DNA of 64,000 nucleotides, from the IMG/VR virus record IMGVR_UViG_3300032294_003343, positions 32,001 to 96,000 of that record, one strand, 5' to 3'. The position numbers and the translations under genes are program-made. The notes under the pieces were generated by a model. The model did not search any database, was not told the origin of the DNA, and saw only the letters and a program-made list of their open reading frames with translations. Positions 41,101 to 54,000 of this stretch are shown here, in pieces. This DNA is from a virus. Within the stretch, counting starts at the first letter, position 1. The number at the start of each line of letters is the position of its first letter.

Positions 41101-41846
41101 TTTACTACAGCCAGTAATGCAGTTTCTAATTGATCATGAGTCAGATTGCCTTTGTCCTCTAAGCTGTTATGACTTATTGTTGGAAGTCTTGCTGAATTTA
41201 AAATGCCAGTTGTAATTTTAGCAGCGTCAACAGAATTTATATTTTCACTAGTTATTTGGTTTTTAACTTCTAAGGATAAATCAATTGGAGAAGGATTTCC
41301 TGTTCCACCAATATGCTTGTGATTCTTAATTAGGTACGAAAGGGTTGAAAATAAAGTTATGTCTTGTCTTGTAGTTTCGTATAAATTAACAAGATTATTA
41401 GCTACATCAACATCCAAATATCCTAATGAAATGTAATTTACCGTGTCATTAATTTGTGTTAATGATGCTACAAAATCAACATCACCAGTAATAGCAGTGT
41501 TTTCATTTTCATAAGCATAAACATATACTTTTGATATTCCAACTGTAGTAGGAATTGTAGGCAAAGTAACATCTTTAGAAGCAGTAGTGTTTGCAGCTTT
41601 ATATGAAACAAAACCCTTGCCAGAAGTGATGGTTATTTTTGTAAGCTTAAATTCGTTTGAGTAAGTTTGAATACGCCATGATGGGACCGTTGGATCTTCT
41701 TCTATGATGCCATTCTTGAAAATTTGATACAGATTGTACATTTGATTTTCGATGGCTTTGAAACGATTCTCATCTAAATCAATGTTTTCTGAAAGATCTT
41801 GGTTTGGTTCAATATATCCAAACCCATAAATTGGTGTATTTCCCAT
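38181..41846 (-). CDS. Modular tail/baseplate protein (1221 aa) with C-terminal beta-propeller; N-terminus paralogous to the 2738-aa protein
   Basis: TPIYGF...ENRF...HKHIGG..PIDL...AAKITTG; NHL-like blades (PTDYQSLPNGGNIICDSKNDRII, HPKGMRIIS). Confidence 0.75.
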   Translation of the reverse strand: MGNTPIYGFGYIEPNQDLSENIDLDENRFKAIENQMYNLYQIFKNGIIEEDPTVPSWRIQTYSNEFKLTKITITSGKGFVSYKAANTTASKDVTLPTIPTTVGISKVYVYAYENENTAITGDVDFVASLTQINDTVNYISLGYLDVDVANNLVNLYETTRQDITLFSTLSYLIKNHKHIGGTGNPSPIDLSLEVKNQITSENINSVDAAKITTGILNSARLPTISHNSLEDKGNLTHDQLETALLAVVNNDANDKMSDLSIANRLQMLIALKKSGGVGFTFIDSTQINTFTYVPGIFPNTSANASTGNSANFAQTTSVPSQYTLATIYDTAPNTSGSGISGSVTSSSFVGDKSFVVQNDFLQAKTVASSLGSTTNAFFSNIKIAGSATTGSFTIDTPLNYLTLSQPVSSIFDTTGSWDTGLVFTTSYAANKVKVDTSLYAYTLFNQPVSLDFDSKVGFGFSAGLGETGAALGKIYMFLVVGNGSTDPNLQYDQKIDFAPNTGTGSSTIYITPATNVKIFDDTTYGFIGSTATYSSVNLSDFGDSSLKSSILGFGFYFSTDQGWNAEKQTKFELLTPTDAQINSSGNYDSLVLARRNAIDQTSSVFVWNEIYKYKNANFLMRFDSGDINTQYNQVQYDIDVPSGTKYTVQSRSDVSSDLFYNLKTVSETEVIIATPNVNSSTGRYFDVLFSLYSNEFQSAAPTVNNLRINYSTVGSATTRSYDRNITDTTNQKFGWISDVYYNKNAGYGVTNPDDTNYLKIYDTSNVGNWVYLRNNNLISAASNVLETTVEDGIDAGTLRNYLTPNQIFLKSTNYGLDTPTDYQSLPNGGNIICDSKNDRIIMTDINGVFTKVIQGNIRLKLTSRDFVALSASFNPNTRKIFIAFSQNISFVDLTKIYITYDNISVRGDDTRLSGDYLEPIFDSSSTYVFTIKDTVEGIALNTAINNSLTKKVRLDRGCFTNSGNSLNTNTALSAIIPTSTVSTTNRTEQFVAGISTSITGTSTVTTGLPTTTTVVNSVTDYNGDGVVSTTEMYGPNSQTNDIILDLLQGPIYFANIYNPVSVQYDETNSLIVIAQPHSNSVLCYSDNTDLTLKWAITSDIVNYYDNKLGSAYLLPNGNVLLGSPALDINDTGKLQVYNISNGYIETKLTFNNDVVKALPGPATDYSNFYALTDDVINFGANSRLHLVNNSGTILSTWGDNNELFHPKGMRIISNDNILVSE

Positions 41847-42073
41847 TACTTAATTTCTTGTGGTTTGTATTCTGATGTTACTTTTTCTACGCCCCAGTTT
41901 GCATAACCCCAGCGTAAAACATCTTGCTCTTCTATTATATTATTTTTATTGACATTGATAACTTGTAAAGCCTGAGTGACATTAGACCTTAAAGTCAAAC
42001 CACTTTGCATATTAATGGTATTTTGTCTAATTTGATCATTGATTACAAATGAAAGAGATTGAAATAATGGCAT
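41846..42073 (-). CDS. Small virion-associated hypothetical protein (75 aa)
   Basis: ATG at 42073 behind AAGGAG; WGYANWG motif; TAATG coupling to the next gene. Confidence 0.65.
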   Translation of the reverse strand: MPLFQSLSFVINDQIRQNTINMQSGLTLRSNVTQALQVINVNKNNIIEEQDVLRWGYANWGVEKVTSEYKPQEIK

Positions 42074-42083
42074 GTTAAACTCC

Positions 42084-44993
42084 TTATAATGCAATTGGCA
42101 TATTGGTACCACGTACTGATGCTGTAATTAAGTTATTTCCTTTATCGTAGTTGTAATCTATACTTTGATATATATATCTATCTGTTGAATTGACAACTTT
42201 ACCTTGAAATACTTTAATAGAAAACTTCCCATGAAAATTCAATGGTTTTGTAACATAACATTGAAAAGATATAGAACTTATAGGGGTTTTAGAAACTAAC
42301 TCAATGCTGTCAGTAATTCTTCTCAACACCTCTTGATCTGGAATCTCATTTCTTTGTGTTGACCACATTAAGTATTTCTTGAATCCGACATATGGAGCTT
42401 GTGCTGAATTTCTTGGAGCATTTGCAAGAAATTTCAATAATCTATCAGGAATTTGTAATGTTGCAGGATCCAATGATACTGAATTATTAGAATATCTTTC
42501 ATCTGCTAAAAATCCTGTCATTGCAACCCCAAAAACTCTTACCCCAGCTGAAAGTGATTGAACATTTGTGCTTATTGTGTAATCATTAACCAAAAGTCCA
42601 TGTAAATCAGATTGAAAGTTTGTCATAAACTTTGTAGTATTTGATGCATTACTGTCAAAAGAATATCCAGTTCCTGCTGAGTTAAGACCTGTAAATTTCA
42701 AGTCAGTATCTTCGTAATTGTTTCTGCACTCTAATTTGAAACCATATTTTTCAGCCCATCTGAATGTCGGTAAAGAATAAGGGTTATTTAACCTTTCAAG
42801 CAACTTTCCTAATTTTTCATAAATTTTATCTAAGGGATTTAATTTTATAAGATCTTGATTGTTAGTAGAATTACTATTTAATCTCAAGTCAATTCCAGAT
42901 ATCACACCGCCATTGAATAAATCAGCATTATTTCTAGAATAAAATGACCAAAAACCAGAACAAGCCATAATCGAATCAATTGCTAGGTCATGTCTCATAC
43001 CAGCAATCATCAAGTTTTTATCAAAATATAGATTATCTAAAACAAAAGATGCAATGTCTTGGCAAGTGAGAGTGAAAGTGCTTTCATTTCCTTTTCTAGA
43101 ATATGATGTACTATTTATGAAGCCTTGAAAAAATGGCTTTAAATCACCTTGCACATAACCTGCTTCAATTGTCACACAAAGTAAATTATTTTCAATTGCA
43201 TCAATAAAACTTTGGCCCTCTTTAGAATCGATGTTCTTAAGAGTGATTGTTGCAGTTTTAGAAATTCTACTGAGATTTGTCAATTCTGCAGCACAATTAA
43301 CTGACCAACCTTCAACCCAAGCTGTAATATCACCAACATTGAAAAATAATTGACTAAGCACTGGGTCAATAAATTTATAATCATCAAAGCCCACATTGCC
43401 ACTTCCTACATTTGCAACTTTATTTGCGGCTAAAACTGCAGGGTGTGGAACTTCACATTGTAAAAATGCTGGACCTTCAATAGTTGTGTTATAAATTAGC
43501 TTAAATAACACTGTTTTTTTATCTGGATCAGCACTAGTAGCTAGAGGCTCTCTTATTATAGTTATGTCTTCAAATTGCTTTCCATCAAGTCTAAGATCAG
43601 CAAAATAAGAAATATTTTTATCTATTGGGTTTAATTTTTGAGATGGATTTGTAGAATTTGGTGCATCATTGTATCCAGTATTTCTAGGATTATTATTTAT
43701 CCTATATGAAGCTTGTTCAAATGTTTGTTTGACAACATTTAAAAAAGCTTGTATATTAGAAATCTTTTTCAGAGAATATCTAAATTCTGCTGTGATGTAA
43801 TTTTTTCTTTGATTAACTGGTTGATTATTATTATAATTATTAAAAATAAGTGCTGAATATCTAAACTTTAAATTAGTATTAGACAAAGAAATATACACAT
43901 AAGTCTCAGGTGGACAATATACTTCACGTCCACTAAAGTTGATTACTGTGTTCCATCTTGAAATATCTGGACTAAAGCCTATTAATAAATTTGGTCCTGC
44001 AAAATGAACAAATACATCATATGAATTCATATTATTTTTATCAAAAACAGGAGCCACTAAATCGGTTTGTGTGAAGTATTGACGTGTGTATGGATCATAT
44101 ATTTTTAAAACAGGTTTACTGTCAATCTTAAACTCTATAAAAAAATCATTTATATAGTCATTATTGGCAACAGCAGGTTTGACGATTATTCTAATTGCCG
44201 AATCGTTTGGTTGCATATTACTTGCTGAAAAATTTATGTGAAATCCATTATTTCCATTACTGCCTCTCGCATTTATCGATTGTGGAGGGCTATCATCTGG
44301 ATTATAAATTTGAGCACCAGTTTGATATACAGCATCAAAAGCTGTAGGAAATATTCTTTGAATTGTTGTGTTTGTTTTTTCAGAAGTTACTTCAACTTGT
44401 GCTCCATAATTTGGATCTTTTACAGTTCTCAAAGTACCTGTATTTCTTCCAGAAATTTTTGGACCAATATATTTATATGCTTCTGTACCACCATTATCCA
44501 AATGCCAAATATTATATGTAGTTAAGACATTTCCCAAACCACTAAATGGTATCTTTGGTAAATGCTGAGAATTGTCTACAAAATTTGATGATTGAGAAGA
44601 CACAGCACTTGTACTTGGGGTATCTACAAAAATAGGATTATATGCTGTATCAGGTCCTTTTAATCTATCAAGTACTGGGTCTATTTCATTTGGAGCTATT
44701 GCACCATAAGCAAATGTGCAAGAAGAGGCACTTATAGCTGTATTTATTTCTGGTATTTTAGCATTTTGAAGTGATGATACTGTTCTTAATCTTGAACTGT
44801 ATTTTGGTTCTGTAGTTCCATTTGAATAAGTATAAGATGGTTCAAAATCATAATTTAATACGTTCAAGTTATCTTGGGATTTTGTAGCTACAGATGCTGA
44901 GTATTCCCCTGAAAAAAATCCACTTTCAGGAGCATTCATAACACTTAAAGTGACTTTTGTTTTTAATTGTCGTGGATCTGGGGAAAGGTTCAT
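42084..44993 (-). CDS. Baseplate hub-like tail protein (969 aa)
   Basis: C-terminal half DIT.WV...ATITLKN...VTIEAGY...FFQGFI...FTLTCQD resembles gp27/gpD-like hub proteins. Confidence 0.6.
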   Translation of the reverse strand: MNLSPDPRQLKTKVTLSVMNAPESGFFSGEYSASVATKSQDNLNVLNYDFEPSYTYSNGTTEPKYSSRLRTVSSLQNAKIPEINTAISASSCTFAYGAIAPNEIDPVLDRLKGPDTAYNPIFVDTPSTSAVSSQSSNFVDNSQHLPKIPFSGLGNVLTTYNIWHLDNGGTEAYKYIGPKISGRNTGTLRTVKDPNYGAQVEVTSEKTNTTIQRIFPTAFDAVYQTGAQIYNPDDSPPQSINARGSNGNNGFHINFSASNMQPNDSAIRIIVKPAVANNDYINDFFIEFKIDSKPVLKIYDPYTRQYFTQTDLVAPVFDKNNMNSYDVFVHFAGPNLLIGFSPDISRWNTVINFSGREVYCPPETYVYISLSNTNLKFRYSALIFNNYNNNQPVNQRKNYITAEFRYSLKKISNIQAFLNVVKQTFEQASYRINNNPRNTGYNDAPNSTNPSQKLNPIDKNISYFADLRLDGKQFEDITIIREPLATSADPDKKTVLFKLIYNTTIEGPAFLQCEVPHPAVLAANKVANVGSGNVGFDDYKFIDPVLSQLFFNVGDITAWVEGWSVNCAAELTNLSRISKTATITLKNIDSKEGQSFIDAIENNLLCVTIEAGYVQGDLKPFFQGFINSTSYSRKGNESTFTLTCQDIASFVLDNLYFDKNLMIAGMRHDLAIDSIMACSGFWSFYSRNNADLFNGGVISGIDLRLNSNSTNNQDLIKLNPLDKIYEKLGKLLERLNNPYSLPTFRWAEKYGFKLECRNNYEDTDLKFTGLNSAGTGYSFDSNASNTTKFMTNFQSDLHGLLVNDYTISTNVQSLSAGVRVFGVAMTGFLADERYSNNSVSLDPATLQIPDRLLKFLANAPRNSAQAPYVGFKKYLMWSTQRNEIPDQEVLRRITDSIELVSKTPISSISFQCYVTKPLNFHGKFSIKVFQGKVVNSTDRYIYQSIDYNYDKGNNLITASVRGTNMPIAL

Positions 44994-44999
44994 ATTAAT

Positions 45000-45005
45000 A
45001 TTATA
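45000..45005 (-). promoter_or_regulatory. -10 box TATAAT 6 nt before the ATG at 44993
   Basis: Minus strand tTATAATattaatATG; no SD. Confidence 0.45.
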
Positions 45006-45028
45006 AAAAATAAAGTAGGTTTACACCT

Positions 45029-48000
45029 TTACTGGTCTATTGCAGTTATTGGGTAAGCAGTTGGGTATTGAGGATCTGTAGCATATCCTCCTGGTCTAGT
45101 TATAGTAAATGAGTAAGAAGATGGCGTAACGTTAGATGCTAAAATAATTGAATGATTCCCCCCAGCTGCTATATCAGAAATGCCCTGGACACTCATATTT
45201 GGAAGAACTAAACCACTTGGAATACCGTCTCTAATATTCAAAAATGTTGAACTTGGAATGGATTGAACATATCCTAACTGTCCAAAATCATTTAATCCAT
45301 AAGGGAAAAATAGTTTTTCAGATACAGCTAAGTATCCAAACTTGCCTGTTGAAACCTTGAGAAAATTTTGAGGAGGGTCTAAACCTGGAAATACATCAGA
45401 GACTATTCCTGAACTAAAATCAAATTGAGGTACTTCACTTGCTGAAAAATTGTAAAGATATATTGCATGGTCAAAGAATGGATTTTGTGAAGCTGTGATC
45501 ACAACTAATCTGTTTTCATAAGTTGAAATATCATAGGCGTATCCCCAGCCTCGTAAACTAGACAATCCAGTAAACCAAACTATTTGGTTGTCTATATCAT
45601 ATGAAAGTCCAGTTACAAATCCTGATTCATTATTAAATCCAACTTCTAGTTTGAATGGATTTAGATAATTAGTATTTCCAGGTAATAAATCTGGATTTGG
45701 ATCAATGTTTATAGGAAAAAATCCTGTATCAATAATTCCAGTTTTTGGTGTGTATCTATGACTTCCTGCTACCCATACTTGCTTATTGTCAGTAAAGGCG
45801 AGAATATAGGAATTACAAGATACATCCAATAAACCATTATTTGATGTGTAACTTGCCCCGCTGAAATTATTAGCTCTTTCAAGAATAGGTTGAAAACTAT
45901 AAATGTTTGTTCTTGGTAATGACTGTCCAAAAATTCCATTAATATTAGAACCACATACCAATAGCACTCTTTTACCTATTGTTGTATCTTCTGCAATAAT
46001 AGCTGAGCAAAAATCTCCAGCAGAAACCTTGAGAACTTTAAATTTTGATGCAAGAGGTACTAACGTCAGAGAATTTTGCTGAGTTATGTTTGACGGAAAA
46101 CCAAGTTGTCCATTGCTGTTCGACCCACTTGCATAAAGTTTTCCATCTGCATCTACTACAAAGGTGTGATATAAACCACTTTCAATTATAGTATATTGCT
46201 TTTTGTCGTCAACTAATTCAAATCCATACCTATTTGGTGAATTTGACCCACTTGCTATTGCTCCATACAATGCTTGTCCAGATGAAAACAATTTATTTGC
46301 TAACGGGTTAGGAATTGCAGAAACATTTACATCTACAGTATATCTATTTCCCAAATTTGTAGCCGGAGAAGAAGCAAATTTTTGTGTGTCAAAAACAACC
46401 AAACTTACTGTAAATATTCCAACTGTGTTAAATTGATTTGCAAAAGTTGAATTATATCCAGACTTTACGCCATCAATTGACCATTCGAATGTGATACTAG
46501 ATCCATCTTCAGGGTCATAAGAATTAGTGCCATCAAAGGTAAAAGTATCTCCAACCTTTAATTCAATATAGCCTGTAACAGTTGGCTCATTTCCAAGTAT
46601 TGCTATTGGGTTTTGATTTGGTGGTGGAGGCACAGGATCTTCAAACACAAATACTGTTTTATTAACTGGGTCAGATTCTAGACCTAAATTATCAAAAACA
46701 CTTAAAGTTATTGTATGATTACCCACACTATCAAAAGATGTTTCGAAAGTAGGTGTATTGGAGTTTTGATTCACTCCATCTTTAAGCCATTTGTATCCAT
46801 TGATGAATTGATTTGAATCAGAATCATAACTTCCAAAGGACGTAAATACTATTGGTGTATTTATTTTTATAGATACAATTCCAGGTGGCAATGTATCTAA
46901 CAATGCTATAGGTTTATTATTTTTAACAATGTAATCAAGAGTTGCTGTATTTGTTGCAGCTAAATTATCTGTTACCTTTAGAGAAACTTTGTATGTGCCT
47001 GGATTATTATAAGTTGTAGCAGCAATTACTTGATCTGATATTTTGCCATTACCAAAATCCCAAGCGTAAATGAGTGGTCCTCCTATATTGTCAGGGTCAT
47101 AACTACCAGCAGCTGAAAAAGTTACGGTAACTGGAGCAAAACTTGTATTTGACGAAGGATTAGCTGCTATATTTGCTACGGGTGGTTCATTAGGAGCATT
47201 AACTTTGACACCAATATTGGCTAAATCACTAAAAGCACCATCGTCATCTTGAACTTTCAATGTAACAGAATAAGGGATAAATCTTGGAGTGCTGAAAGTG
47301 TAAGTGAAAGATTTAGTTCTAAAAGGAGTGCCTAGCAATCCATTTATATACCATTCATAATTTACAACTGTTCCATCAAGATCATAAGAATTAGAATCAA
47401 ATGTTACTGTAAATGGTGCAGTTCCAAAGATCACATTATTTACAGGAGTGCTGCTTGTTGATATGACCGCAAATGGCTTTCTATTATTAATAAATACAAT
47501 TTTAGACGCTGTATTGGATAAACCAAAGTTATCAAAAACAGTAAGAGTTACGGTGTAGTTTCTATTGCCATCATTATAAGATTTTGTGGGATTTTTTTGC
47601 AGTGGATCAGTTGTAGTAAAATTAGTGCCATCTCCAAAGTCCCAAGACCATCTAACTAAAGAATTTTCAGGATCACTTGAATTATCAATAAATGTTATCG
47701 GATCAAAAGTGAATGCACCTATTGGACTGTATGAAAAATTTGCAACAGGTGGTTGATTGTTTATTTGAATCGTCTTAGTAGAATCAACAGTTTCAAGACT
47801 TACACCACTACGATTATCAGTTGCGGTCAATTTAGCAATGAAAACACCAACTGTTTTATATATATGAGAAATTGGAGCAGGATTGACAAATTGTGTAGAG
47901 GTGCCATCTCCAAAGTCTAATCTATAAAGGATGATAGAACCATCTGGATCTCTAGAGTTTGATACATCGAAAACAAAAGTATCATTTATTACTCCAGAAT

Positions 48001-51000
48001 TTTTATCAACATTCAAGATAGCAATTGGAAGAATATTGTCAGGAGCTGTGACATTTACTGAAACGCTAGCGGTATTAGAAGCACCAAAATCATCAGTAAC
48101 TGTTAGGGACACTGTGTATGATCCTTCTGTTGCAAAGTTAATTGTGGCATTTGGTGTAGATGCAACAATTGTGCCAGCTATACTCCAACTATAGGATACA
48201 ATAATTCCATCTTCATCTGTTGATGTATCACCATTGAATGTCAAGCTACCAGGTGCCTTTACAGATAATGATGTGTATGTAATTCTAGATACAGGATTTC
48301 TATTAGTAACAGTAATCAACAAATTATCCGTAGATGTATCACCTATATTATCAGTAACTGTAAGAGAAGCGTTATATGTTCCAGGTTTGGCATATATATG
48401 AGGCTCTGTAATTCTTCCTTGAGAAATAATTGTGCCATCACCAAAATTCCAAGCATATTTAGTGATGTTTCCATCACTATCATTTGAGTTGTTTCCAAAG
48501 AAATTAACTTGAGTCTTAGATAATACTGGATTTGGAGAGGCTGTAATTATTGCAACTGGAGGATTGTTTTTGACGATAATATCTAAAACATAAGTATTTG
48601 TAAGATTGCCATCATCAGTAACTGTTAGCTTTACTGGGTATGTACCTGATTTAGTAAATGTATGAGAAACATTTTTTTGATATGTTTGAGCGTTAAGGAA
48701 TAAAGTACTGCCTGTTTCAAATTCCCAAAACCAACTTACTATTTTTCCGTCAGCATCAGTGGAAACATCTGTGAATAATATTGTGGCTGGTGCCAAAATA
48801 TTATTGGAATTAATTACAAATAAAGCTTGAGGTGGTTGATTTACTGGTGGCGGGACGACAGTAAATTTAATTGACGAAGTGGCTGTTTTCTTATTTGTTC
48901 CATCGGGCAAACCATCATCAGTCACAGTGAGAACAACTGTATATTCTCCTGGAAATAAATAAGTATTAGTTGGGTTTTTTAAAGTTGGATCAGTTGTCGA
49001 AAATGTTTTTCCATCACCAAAATTCCAATTCCATTGAGTGATAAAACCATCAGGGTCAGAAGATGTTTCGGTAAATTTAACAACTAATGGTTTGAAACTC
49101 GTTTGATTGCCTGTAATATTTGAAATTACTGGTGCTTGATTTACTAATGGATTTACAATTACTTCTTTAGTAATGGAAGTTGATTTACCACCATTGTCTG
49201 TAACTGTAAGAGAAACTAAATATCTTCCAGCAGAAAAATAAGTATGAGATGGATTTTGTACATTATCTGTAAAACCATCATCAAAGTCCCAATTCCAAGA
49301 AGCAATCGTACCGTCAGCATCAGTTGAAGTATCAACAAAATCAATCACTAATTTTCTATTCTGCTGAGAGTAAATGAAGTTTGCAATTGGCGGATTATTT
49401 CCTGGAGGCAAAACTGTAATTTCAATTGTTCCTGACACTTGGAGCCCTCCAGAATCAGTTACAGTAAGAACAACTCTATATTTGCCAGGATTAGCATAAA
49501 TGTGTTCTGGATTTTGAACGTCAGCTGTTTGATTATCTCCAAAGTTCCAGTTCCAAGCAACTAACGGTCCCTCATCATCACTTGAAGTATCAGTAAATTG
49601 CACTTTTAATGTTGGAGAAAATGAGGTTTGAGCCCACTTGAAATTTGGTGATGGTGGATTATTTACTACACCATTTACATTAATTGTTGGACCGAAATAT
49701 TTGCTTGATAATCTTGCTAAATTATCCTTGACAAAAAGAGTTGGTGTAAATGAACCTGCTCTTGTGTAATCATATGTAAAAGGTGTATTATCAAATTTAA
49801 TTGCAGTATTTCCATCACCAAAATCCCATTCATAAATTTGAATAAATGATCCATCATTTGCTGGATTAGATTGATCTGTAAAAGTAACAGTTAGCGTAAC
49901 ATCTCCAGAGGTAGGAGTTGCTGAAAATTTAGCTTGAGGCGAAAGATTATTTACTGGAGCTGGATTGACTGTTATTATTATTGAAGCCGGAGCACTACTT
50001 ACACCACTAGCGTTTGTAACAATAAGAGTTACTTTATATTCAATAGCATTCGTTGTGTTATTAACAAAAGTGTGTGCTGGATTTTCTTCTGTAGATTGAG
50101 TGTTGTCACCAAAATTCCAAGCATAAGTGAGTGTGCTACCACCAGGATCATAAGAATTAGTAGAAAGAAAATTCACAATCAGGGCAGATTGTCCGCTAGT
50201 AGGATTTGCTTGTATATTGGCAACAGGTGCTAATGATTCAACTGTAGAGCCTGAATTATTTACACATTCAATATCGAACTTTCTGATTCCCAAAATTTTT
50301 GAATATGGATGAAATAAAACTGCTTCTAAAAAACATTTACCTGTGTCGTAAGCTACAAAAACTTTTCCATCATACTCTTGTTTTTTGCATGTAATTAAGG
50401 CTGGTTTTTGTCTAGGAACTTCAGCATTGAGTTCACTATCAGTTTCAAAATAAGTTATAATATTTTGCCTATTTATTAATTCTGAAACTAAACTTTCATC
50501 TAATTTTCCTTTGATTAAGTGTAATTTGTCAGTACGTTTTTTACCCAATGAGCTTGAAGATAATCCGTATTCGAAGTAATAAATTCCACCATTACACCAA
50601 AAAACAGATCTATGTAAGCCTAATTTTTCATCATAATCAGATGTCAATCCATAAATATTATATTTTTCATCTAAAGTATTACCAGCAATAGCATCTAAAT
50701 CAAAAAGTGTATTTCTTTCTTGTGCCTGATAATTTGAAATAAGTTTGAAATTAATTTTTCTTGGTGATGCATTTAAAGAGTATGCAACAATATAATCTCT
50801 TGATGAAATTTGAACAACAGTAGGAAAAGAAGAATATGCTATACCTGAAGATGTTATTGGCTCTATCAATCTAAAATCAGATATATATGTTGGGGCAATA
50901 CCATCTACAAAAATTGTTTTATCTGTAACAGGTTCTTTAATATTAGTAGTATTTAATGAAATTGATCTAAAAACAATTGCCCCTGGATCTGCATATCCAA

Positions 51001-54000
51001 CATTGAATAATTGTGGTGCTTCATCAGAAATTACATAAGAATTATATTTTGTTCCTTTAAAAGCTTTAGCTAAAGTCGAAAAGTTAGCATCAGTCTTTGC
51101 TTGTCCATCTATATATGGAAACCATGAAAGCTTATTTCTCATGTCAGTGTTTGCAGCAATTAAAGAATCATAATCGTGCGAACTTGTTGCATTTACATTC
51201 GAGTTTCTTTCTGTAAGCAAAAATGTGTTTATTCTAGATCTTTGATTGATATGCTTATCTGATGATATGACAAATGGAAATTCACCCTTAACTGTTACTC
51301 CAAGTCCTGTAATAGTGTTATAGCCTACAGGATATTTTTCGTACTGTTGATTGAAAAAAGAATCAGTAGAGATAATTGCTGTTTGATTTTCTTCACCAGG
51401 TTTTGTTGTAGGCACAGTATAAGCAATTATTATAGATTTTTCAAACCCTGATTCGCAAGCTGAAAGATTTGTAGCAACATTTTGTTTTCCACCTTTGTAA
51501 GCTGCTCTCTCTCTTTTTGCTTGAGACATATTTCTAGTAGAGCTTCTAAATTGTGAAGGTGTTGTGAAATTTTTTGATTTTTCTAGTTCTATATAATGGT
51601 CTATTTTATTCTTTCCATATACTGAACCAGTTTCAAAATAACCCTTAGCATCTGATTCTGAAGATCCTTTATTGCTTCTTGTAGATGCTTCTAATAAATT
51701 TGCTTTTCTTAAGTTATCTGGAGTGCTTATTTGAGGAGGTAGTATCAGACCGTATCCTGGTCCTCTTGCTATAAATCCACCTCTTATGTGTAAAGTAGAT
51801 TCTTGTATAGTGCCATCTTCATTCCTAAGCGATGAATTTCCAAATAAATCTGGTTTGCCTGGGGGAAAATCTCCATTTATTCTATGAAATATTGTTTGAG
51901 CTAAAATTGTTTGTAGATCATTGAAAGAAATATTTATTGCGTTGATATAAGAAGTGCCAGAGCCACTGTTTTTCCCACTTGGTATAGCTAAAAGTCCATT
52001 ACCATAAACCCAAGTAGAATATCCAGTATCCGAATTAAGATACTCAGGGTCGAGTTTGATACCATATATTCTATTACCAGTAATTGGATCTACAGGATAG
52101 CTTTTCTCAACTTTTTTTGCCTTCCAACCTGGGTGTCTAATTATTTTAGCTTCAGAATTATTAGGGTCAAGCCATCTTGGATTTACATATGGATCTACTT
52201 TAGAGATATCATCACATAACTCTGATATAGATTTAGGTGACAGAGTCCATGTATTTAGGTTAGGAGTTACTGTATTCTGCCAAGTAATATCGCCTTCTTC
52301 TTCGTCTCTCGCATCAGTATTTTGCTGCCAAAATCTTCTCGTGTAATAAGTTGTTTCAAAATCACTTGAAACTTGAAATTTTGTTTTTTCTACAAAAGTA
52401 TTATTATTACCAGATGTTACAAAATTGCTTAATGAATTATTACGTACAAGTTTTACTTTTCCTAATTGTAATTGATCATTGTCAATTTCGATTTTAGAAA
52501 TTCTTGATATTCCATAATAAGGACCATTGGAAGCTTCATCTTCAGGTGCGTCATCAATAGCATTAACTTCAGGACCAGAAGGAGTAATAAAAATTAAATT
52601 AGTGTTTAGAACAGTGTCAGCTGGAAAAGTTTTTTCAACCAGTCTTACAGGCTTGACTGTTATGACAGGAGCATTTGCAGACAAAATAAAATCTTTGTTA
52701 TTTACTAGTCTTGGTATACCTTCATAATCAGGTGGACTATTCTTGTCAAGTTTAGAATATTCTATATTAGCCCTGTAAAAATTTTGATATTTTTCTACTC
52801 TGTCAATTTTTACTATTATGCTTGCAAATTTATCATCTGAAAAATTATCTAAAAATTTTAATCTAATTGATGAGCCAGCTGCAAATTTGTTATTAATGTT
52901 ATAGTCTGAAGGAATTTGAATAGTAAAATATGCTTTACCTGTATTAGCAACGTCATTAACATAATCAATAATTTTGTAAGACTTGACTAAATTCTTAACT
53001 TTATCTTCAACCTCTATTCCATCGTAAGGAATTACTTGACTACTCTCATAAGAAGGGATTGGGTTAATATAGATAATTCCACTGCCATCTACAAAATCAA
53101 AAGTTGTTCTTGATACAACTTCTGATTTGTCTGGAAGTCCTGGATCAAAATCATAAACTTCGAACTCGTCAGGATACTTTCCATCGGTGCCTCGATTTAA
53201 TAATTCATCAATTGATTTACCAGAAGTTATGTCGTTTTTAACTATATAAATGAATAGTTCTTTACGAGATGTATCTAGATTGCCACCATTCCAAGGTTTT
53301 GCTAATTTGATCTTGCCATTGTTAATTCTTGGTTTGCCAAATATTACATTGGTACCAATACCAGTCTTTGGGAATGCACTTGTATTGACTTCGAAGTAAT
53401 CTACAATATTTTCTTTCGTATCAGTAAGATATACAATTCCAGAATTCTTAATTTTTTGCTTTATATCATCTGTAATCCAAACTAATGATTCTGTATTTCT
53501 GTTTGGTTTTGTAATTAAGAAATTATCTTTTGGTAAATTTTCAGTTGATAAATATCCAATTGGACTTGTAGATTGGGGCTTTGATGTGGTGAATGTATTA
53601 AGTCTAGGATATGGGGAATCTTGATTATCAACATCATCTATCTTATTGTCAGGATTACAAAGATCAATTCTTAATGTTTTGAAAGATGAAGAGTCTGTAG
53701 ATATTTTGTAACTCTTAACAGATTCATTTTTCGAATTTGATTGTAATGTAGGACCCTTGGAAGTTTCTGTAATTAATAAGTTACCACTTTGAAGTTGCCC
53801 TGAAGATTTCAATTCAATTTCTAAATATCTATACCCTGAAAGATTTTGGTCACCATAATAATGTGGCTCACTTTCACTACCATTATAGAATCTTACATTA
53901 CCAGTGCCTTCTATAATAAATTCTTTATCTTGTGACAAAGACATAGAATTGAACTTCCAGCCTCTTAATGGTATGGGCACTGAACCTGGGAAATCATATT

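Noticed and set aside
45029-50232. DGR variable region or CRISPR-like repeat array
   Set aside because: PKD repeats are diverged coding repeats; I saw no near-identical TR/VR pair differing at adenines, no reverse transcriptase and no repeat-spacer pattern
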